Shown here piece by piece: positions 35,731-44,822 of a DNA stretch of 44,822 nucleotides (within the stretch, counting starts at the first letter, position 1; each line of letters opens with the position of its first letter). The position numbers were made by a program, and so were the translations under genes. The notes under the pieces are model-generated. The model was not told the DNA's origin. It was given only the letters and a program-made list of their open reading frames with translations, and searched no databases. Origin of the DNA: Candidatus Eiseniibacteriota bacterium (GTDB taxonomy: Bacteria; Eisenbacteria; RBG-16-71-46); contig JANLWX010000064.1 in the NCBI GenBank assembly GCA_031364845.1, forward strand, positions 1-44,822. The letters are read 5' to 3'.

Positions 35731-37382
35731 GGTTCGTTACCCACCACGCGCAGCGGCTGTACCGCGTCGAACGCCGCGCCCGAGGCCGCGCGCGCGTGGA
35801 GCGCCAGCACGTAGACGCCGGGCCCGAGTGCCGCGACCGGCCACGTCTTGCCGCCGCGCGCGCCAGACTCGTGCGGCGCGATCGCGACCGCGACACGACG
35901 GCCGGCGAGATCGAAGACCGTGACCTCGACGCGCGCCGGCCACGGCAGCGCCCATTCGATCTGCGTATCCGACGCCGGAAGAACCCGGCGCGGAGCGACC
36001 ACGAAAGCGCGCGGCAGCGCGGGCAGCGCGCGCGGAGGTTCGAGCGGAGTGCCCGCGGCATCGCCGGCCGCTGCCCACGTTCCATCGTCACGCCGTTCGA
36101 GGGGCACTCCGTCCGGAACGCCCGATCCGCGATAGGGGACGCTCGCGCACGGCGTGCCGTCGCGTTCGGCGAGCGTCACGATGTCGGCCACGCCGCTGTC
36201 GTCGTCCGAATTGTTGAGCGCCGACCATGGACTCACGCCGAGCACGCGCAGCGTGTCGAGTGCGGGATACGCCGCCAGGAACCGCTGCCGATCCTGAACG
36301 AGCACGGCATGGCGGCCGGGCTCGAGCCATGCGCCGCCCGCGGGTGCGCGCACCGATCCCCGCGCACCGGCGCGGTCGCCGAGCAGGAACTCCGCGAGGT
36401 CGAGCTCGTCCGCCGCGCGATTGCGCACCTCGACCCATTCGCCTTCATCGCGTCCCGGATGGAACTGGATCTCCGTGACCTCGAGCGGGCCCGGGCCCAC
36501 GCGGACCGCAATCGAGTCCGAATCGTTCGCGGGCTCTTCGTCGGCGGTCGCCCGCACGCGTGCGACAAGCGTGGTCTTGCCGGACGCCGGCAGCACGATC
36601 GCGATCTCGACCTGAAGAGTGTCCGCTGCGAGCGGCGTCTCGATCACCCACTCGCCGAGCAACACTCCCGCGGCCCACATCTCGACCGAGACGTCACCCG
36701 CCGGAAACGCGAGGGCGCCGCGCGATTCGATCGAGACTCGCGCGCGCGCCGGCTCACCCGGCCCAGGCTGCAGTGGATCGATCACGAGCGTGCGCGCGAT
36801 CACCGCGGCATCGCGACCCGGCTGGTTCGGGCGCCCGGGCGAAGGCGTCGACGCGCGGAAGTCGAGCGCGTTGCTGCCGAACTGCGCCAGGTCGGGGATG
36901 CGCGCGAGCGACTGGCCCGAAACGACATCGATCGCCGGAGCGCCGCAGAAGTACGCCGCGAACTCGTGGGTGCCGTAGCCCACGACCTCGATCACGCCGC
37001 CGGGCCATACGAGTCGCACGGCGTCGGGGCCGTTCTGGAGATCGAGTGCGGCGATCGCGTGGGGCGGCGGGACCACACGCGCGCCGCCGATCACGAACCG
37101 CGCGTGAGGTCGCACGGTGTCGGCGATTCCACCGGTCCAGCGCAGCGACCAGCGATCGGACAGCGAACCGTCGCCGGATTCCAACCGGACTCCCGCGAGC
37201 GGCCACGGCGCATCGGTCGGATTCAGCAGCTCGACGAACTCGAGCCCGGTGTCGTCACCGGTGGCATCGTAGAACACTTCGGTGACGATCGGCCGGTTAC
37301 CGGCACCGCACTCGGCAGCGACCTCACATGGCTCGATGATCGCGACGGCCATGCACACCAAGGCCATGAGGCGCAGAAACAA
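35727..37382 (-). CDS. Secreted protein with two lamin-tail domains, an intervening CARDB-like Ig domain and a T9SS/FlgD-like CTD
   Basis: IVTEVFYD...EFVELLN...LQNGPDAVRL...PSPGRPN; VTEIQFHP..EWVEVRN..LNNS; VFDLAGR-V...GVYVL. Start inferred at TTG 37382 after GGAG. Confidence 0.82.
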   Translation of the reverse strand: MFLRLMALVCMAVAIIEPCEVAAECGAGNRPIVTEVFYDATGDDTGLEFVELLNPTDAPWPLAGVRLESGDGSLSDRWSLRWTGGIADTVRPHARFVIGGARVVPPPHAIAALDLQNGPDAVRLVWPGGVIEVVGYGTHEFAAYFCGAPAIDVVSGQSLARIPDLAQFGSNALDFRASTPSPGRPNQPGRDAAVIARTLVIDPLQPGPGEPARARVSIESRGALAFPAGDVSVEMWAAGVLLGEWVIETPLAADTLQVEIAIVLPASGKTTLVARVRATADEEPANDSDSIAVRVGPGPLEVTEIQFHPGRDEGEWVEVRNRAADELDLAEFLLGDRAGARGSVRAPAGGAWLEPGRHAVLVQDRQRFLAAYPALDTLRVLGVSPWSALNNSDDDSGVADIVTLAERDGTPCASVPYRGSGVPDGVPLERRDDGTWAAAGDAAGTPLEPPRALPALPRAFVVAPRRVLPASDTQIEWALPWPARVEVTVFDLAGRRVAVAIAPHESGARGGKTWPVAALGPGVYVLALHARAASGAAFDAVQPLRVVGNEP

Positions 37383-37457
37383 CGCTGCTCCGCCAGGGGG
37401 CGGGTTGCCGTTCGGAGGCTCTCGAGCACGCGCAACGCGCGCATGAATCACGATCTC

Positions 37458-37473
37458 AGCACGACTCGCGCCA
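37458..37473 (-). promoter_or_regulatory. Putative sigma54 -24/-12 promoter
   Basis: TGGCGCGAGTCGTGCT (GG-N10-GC) in the short intergenic gap upstream of the lamin-tail operon. Confidence 0.5.
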
Positions 37474-37491
37474 TCGCGGGCGATGCGCTCG

Positions 37492-38049
37492 TCAGTCCGT
37501 GCCGGTGGCGATGCTCTTGAGCGTCTCCGCGCGCGCGCGGTGCCGGACGCGGATCGGGGCGGATGTCTGTTGGAACCTCACGTGCCGCGCCCGAGCCCAA
37601 GTGGTCGTCAGGTAGACCGGATACAGATCGTAGACTCCGTGCGGAGGCAAGGTGACTTCGAGGACACCGCTGACGGCGAGGACTCCAGCAGACAGGCCGT
37701 GCAGCTTGTGCCCCAGCGGTCGAACCTCACCTCCGCCGGACAGGACGATCTTCGGATCACGAGCCACGTCCCAGCGCAGGACCTGCGCGATGCCGGCGGG
37801 ATTTCGCACCCTGACCTGAACCATGGTGGCTTGCCCCAGCCGGTCCTCGGGCTCGATGCCCATCGGTGACACCATCTGGCCACGGATGGCAGGCAGCGAG
37901 CGGGCCGGCAACTCGAGCGATGCGGGGACCGTGGTTCTCGTCACGTTGATCTGCCACGGGAGCGGACGAGGCGTCGGATTCACGTGACGCCCGGGGAGTG
38001 CCGTCACTGCGGCCAGAAGAACGCAGGTGATCGTAAGCGGCGGCGTCAT
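37492..38049 (-). CDS. Hypothetical exported protein (185 aa)
   Basis: ATGA overlap with the upstream stop; hydrophobic N-terminus; beta-rich body. Confidence 0.55.
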   Translation of the reverse strand: MTPPLTITCVLLAAVTALPGRHVNPTPRPLPWQINVTRTTVPASLELPARSLPAIRGQMVSPMGIEPEDRLGQATMVQVRVRNPAGIAQVLRWDVARDPKIVLSGGGEVRPLGHKLHGLSAGVLAVSGVLEVTLPPHGVYDLYPVYLTTTWARARHVRFQQTSAPIRVRHRARAETLKSIATGTD

Positions 38050-39026
38050 TGTTGAAGCGCCTCCGGAATGAGACCGGCGAGGGCGCGCACCGACACCGCC
38101 TCATTGCGATAACCCGGCGCATCCGCTGCGCCCGACGGCAGCAGTGCACCGGAGCGAAGGAGACCCACCAATTGCCAGCCGCTGTTGAACAGCGCGATCC
38201 CGGACGCGGCCAACGGTCCGGTCGTGAGGACATGCAGGCGATCGTCCCGCATGCCGGTGACGACCGAACGCCATCGGGAGATCGTCCGCGTCTGGCCGTC
38301 CGGGTGACCGACCCAGCTCAGGACATCTCCCACATGGGCCTCGGCATCGCGCCACGGTATGGAGCCCCATCGAAGGGTGGGCTCCCCGGCCAGCGCGATC
38401 ACGGTGAGGTCCGCCGACTCGGACGTGAGGAACAGCCGGTCCGGATCGCAGCGATAGGCCACCTCACCCGCCAGCGCTCCGGTCTCGCCCGCTTCGTAGT
38501 TGAAGACGACCCGCGCGCGAATGGCCTTGTTCGCCATGCGGAGCACGTGGCGGTGCGTGACGAACAGATCGTTTGCCAGCAGCACGCCACTCGCGCTTGC
38601 CCAACCTCGCGCCATGGGGATTTCGATGAGTCCGACCGCCGCAGCCCGCAGGCGTCCGATCGAAATGGACGACGGATCACCCGCGCTTGCGCCGCCAACA
38701 TCGGTGACTGCGGGACTCATGACCGGGAAACGGACCTCATCCGGACACTCCCATGGCGTTTCGGAGCGCAGCGGCTGCTGTGCGGCGGCCTGCAGTCCCG
38801 GATGATCGGAGTGCCCACCGAGCGCCGCCCTCACGAGCCGCGGCAGCGCCATCGGCTCCCGGTCCGCCTCGCGCAGCACGTCGTCGAGCGAGTGCCCGGC
38901 GTTCGATGTCGCGGGTGCACGCCCGAGATCGATGCCGGCGGCCATGGCGAGGCCCCGAATCGCGGCTCGATCGCGGTAGAGCTCGTGCAAGGCATCGCGA
39001 AGCTGCGTCGATACGGCCTGGTACAT
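38046..39026 (-). CDS. EAD1-like domain fused to a trypsin-like serine peptidase (326 aa)
   Basis: GGAGGAG RBS; N-terminal 'LRDAL-ELY......A--AGIDL......VLREA......LV-AAL----P-L'; SGVLL--LFVTHRHVL, D-TVI-L, GHP-G and ASG--LFN--W-LVGL motifs. Confidence 0.78.
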   Translation of the reverse strand: MYQAVSTQLRDALHELYRDRAAIRGLAMAAGIDLGRAPATSNAGHSLDDVLREADREPMALPRLVRAALGGHSDHPGLQAAAQQPLRSETPWECPDEVRFPVMSPAVTDVGGASAGDPSSISIGRLRAAAVGLIEIPMARGWASASGVLLANDLFVTHRHVLRMANKAIRARVVFNYEAGETGALAGEVAYRCDPDRLFLTSESADLTVIALAGEPTLRWGSIPWRDAEAHVGDVLSWVGHPDGQTRTISRWRSVVTGMRDDRLHVLTTGPLAASGIALFNSGWQLVGLLRSGALLPSGAADAPGYRNEAVSVRALAGLIPEALQQ

Positions 39027-39100
39027 CGCTCCTCCATGATGGCCGAACTCGAAACACCGGCAAGGCCGCGGGCGCGCGCGCCGCGACCGTTCATCCCAGC

Positions 39101-39129
39101 CGGATCCCGCCCTCTGCGAGCGGGATCCG
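39101..39129. other. Intercistronic hairpin
   Basis: CGGATCCCGC-N9-GCGGGATCCG, located between the 90-aa gene and the protease gene; no U-tract. Confidence 0.55.
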
Positions 39130-39140
39130 TCGGTCATCCC

Positions 39141-39413
39141 CTAGCGCGCGCGTGCGAACGAAGCCGCGTATTGCGGTCGCACGGGAAGCTGCCGGGGTGC
39201 TGCCTGATAGCGTTCGGTTTCGCGTTCTGTGATTCCCCACGACCGCCACGGGGTGAGCCAGGTGGGAATGTTGGGGGACGCATGGATGCTGGCCCCGCCG
39301 GTTTTCGAGCCACCTACCGGGGGCGGATCGGTGAGCTGGGCGGTTGCTGGACGCGGGGAGAAAACGTTAAGGATGCAGAAGGTCACGACCATCGCAGCAC
39401 CGAGATACTTCAT
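39141..39413 (-). CDS. Small secreted protein/peptide precursor (90 aa)
   Basis: GGAGG RBS 7 nt before ATG; signal peptide MKYLGAAMVV...PATA-Q. Confidence 0.6.
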   Translation of the reverse strand: MKYLGAAMVVTFCILNVFSPRPATAQLTDPPPVGGSKTGGASIHASPNIPTWLTPWRSWGITERETERYQAAPRQLPVRPQYAASFARAR

Positions 39414-39453
39414 AGAAATGCCTCCGGGGTGGGTGTTCCGGAGGCTTCTCTAA

Positions 39454-39469
39454 GGCGAGCAACGTGCCC
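39454..39469 (-). promoter_or_regulatory. Putative sigma54 -24/-12 promoter
   Basis: GGGCACGTTGCTCGCC (GGCACG-N4-TCGC), 40 nt upstream of ATG 39413 and directly downstream of a sigma54 activator gene. Confidence 0.6.
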
Positions 39470-39657
39470 GGCAAATCGGGCCGGTGGTGTTTCGCCTAAT
39501 CGGTTGCGGGAGCCATGCTTACGAGCGAGGGGATCGCCCGGCGAACGGCCCGGGAACGCGGCCGGACCGCCGAAATTGGCGGAAGCACACAGTGGATCGG
39601 GTCAAAACCCGCTGCGGCACTTGGGGTAACCGGATTCGCCGATTTCAGCGAAGGTCG

Positions 39658-44580
<4,923 letters not shown>

Positions 44581-44683
44581 TCGATGGGCCCGGTCGGGGG
44601 ATAACGGGGCAGGCAAGGTGCCATGCGATGACCCATGAACGCTACTCTGACTTTCGCGGCGAAACAAGCGCGAAGTCCGCCCG

Positions 44684-44822
44684 TGTAGAGAGCACATGAT
44701 GTGACCGCTCAGCGGCGGGGGTGATAGACCGGCGGCTTCTCCCACCCAGGAGGAGCTGATGCAGGCCTATTCACCCACCGCCAAGGAGCGAGCGATGAAG
44801 ATGCGAGAGGTATTACTGGAGG
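44684..44822 (+). mobile_element. Left end of a probable ISNCY/IS1202-like (IS481-related) insertion sequence; transposase start at 44759 runs off the window
   Basis: TGT-starting end TGTAGAGAGCACATGATGTGACCGCT; AGGAGGAG RBS; ORF MQAYSPTAKERAMKMREVLLE matches the recalled 'ERAMK--EVIL' N-terminus of these transposases. Confidence 0.65.

Noticed and set aside
33506..35814. Long plus-strand ORFs (710 aa and 469 aa)
   Set aside because: They are Arg/Ala/Pro-rich antisense shadows typical of high-GC DNA. The minus-strand frames have signal peptides, RBSs and coupled starts and stops.

Overview
A high-GC bacterial chromosomal segment. The gene set and the recurring C-terminal TWGxxKxLYR motif suggest an FCB-adjacent lineage such as Candidatus Eisenbacteria (inference, not verified). 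Left end (0.5-4.8 kb): a strongly promoted minus-strand cluster encoding one secreted dockerin-like protein and four paralogous cysteine-rich secreted proteins, all four ending in a shared ~16-residue tag. Middle (4.8-22.7 kb): mostly housekeeping. It holds tRNA-Val, larE, mltG, ruvX, an RsbW-like ATPase, rluD, lspA, a DksA-like protein, a purine nucleoside phosphorylase, yggU/yggT/yggS, tmRNA, ssb, tRNA-Pro/Arg/His, pyk, a VIT1 transporter, rdgB, rph, murI, a GerMN protein, an amidase, smpB and tRNA-Leu. Right (22.7-44.8 kb): accessory envelope and signalling genes. These are a GT-C-like/TPR membrane protein, a ~1700-aa beta-helix/Ig-repeat protein with a T9SS/FlgD-like C-terminal domain (CTD), and a lamin-tail-domain/beta-barrel cluster whose last gene carries a fifth copy of the tag. 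An EAD1-trypsin operon follows a giant kinase-STAND-TPR-GAF-sigma54 activator, and the window ends in the left end of an ISNCY/IS1202-like element. Best candidates for new biology: (1) a short C-terminal sorting tag that alternates with the T9SS-like CTD; (2) a possible non-cellulosomal dockerin/cohesin-like surface assembly; (3) a sigma54-controlled kinase-activator/EAD1-protease module. All family calls come from motif recognition by eye; no searches were run.
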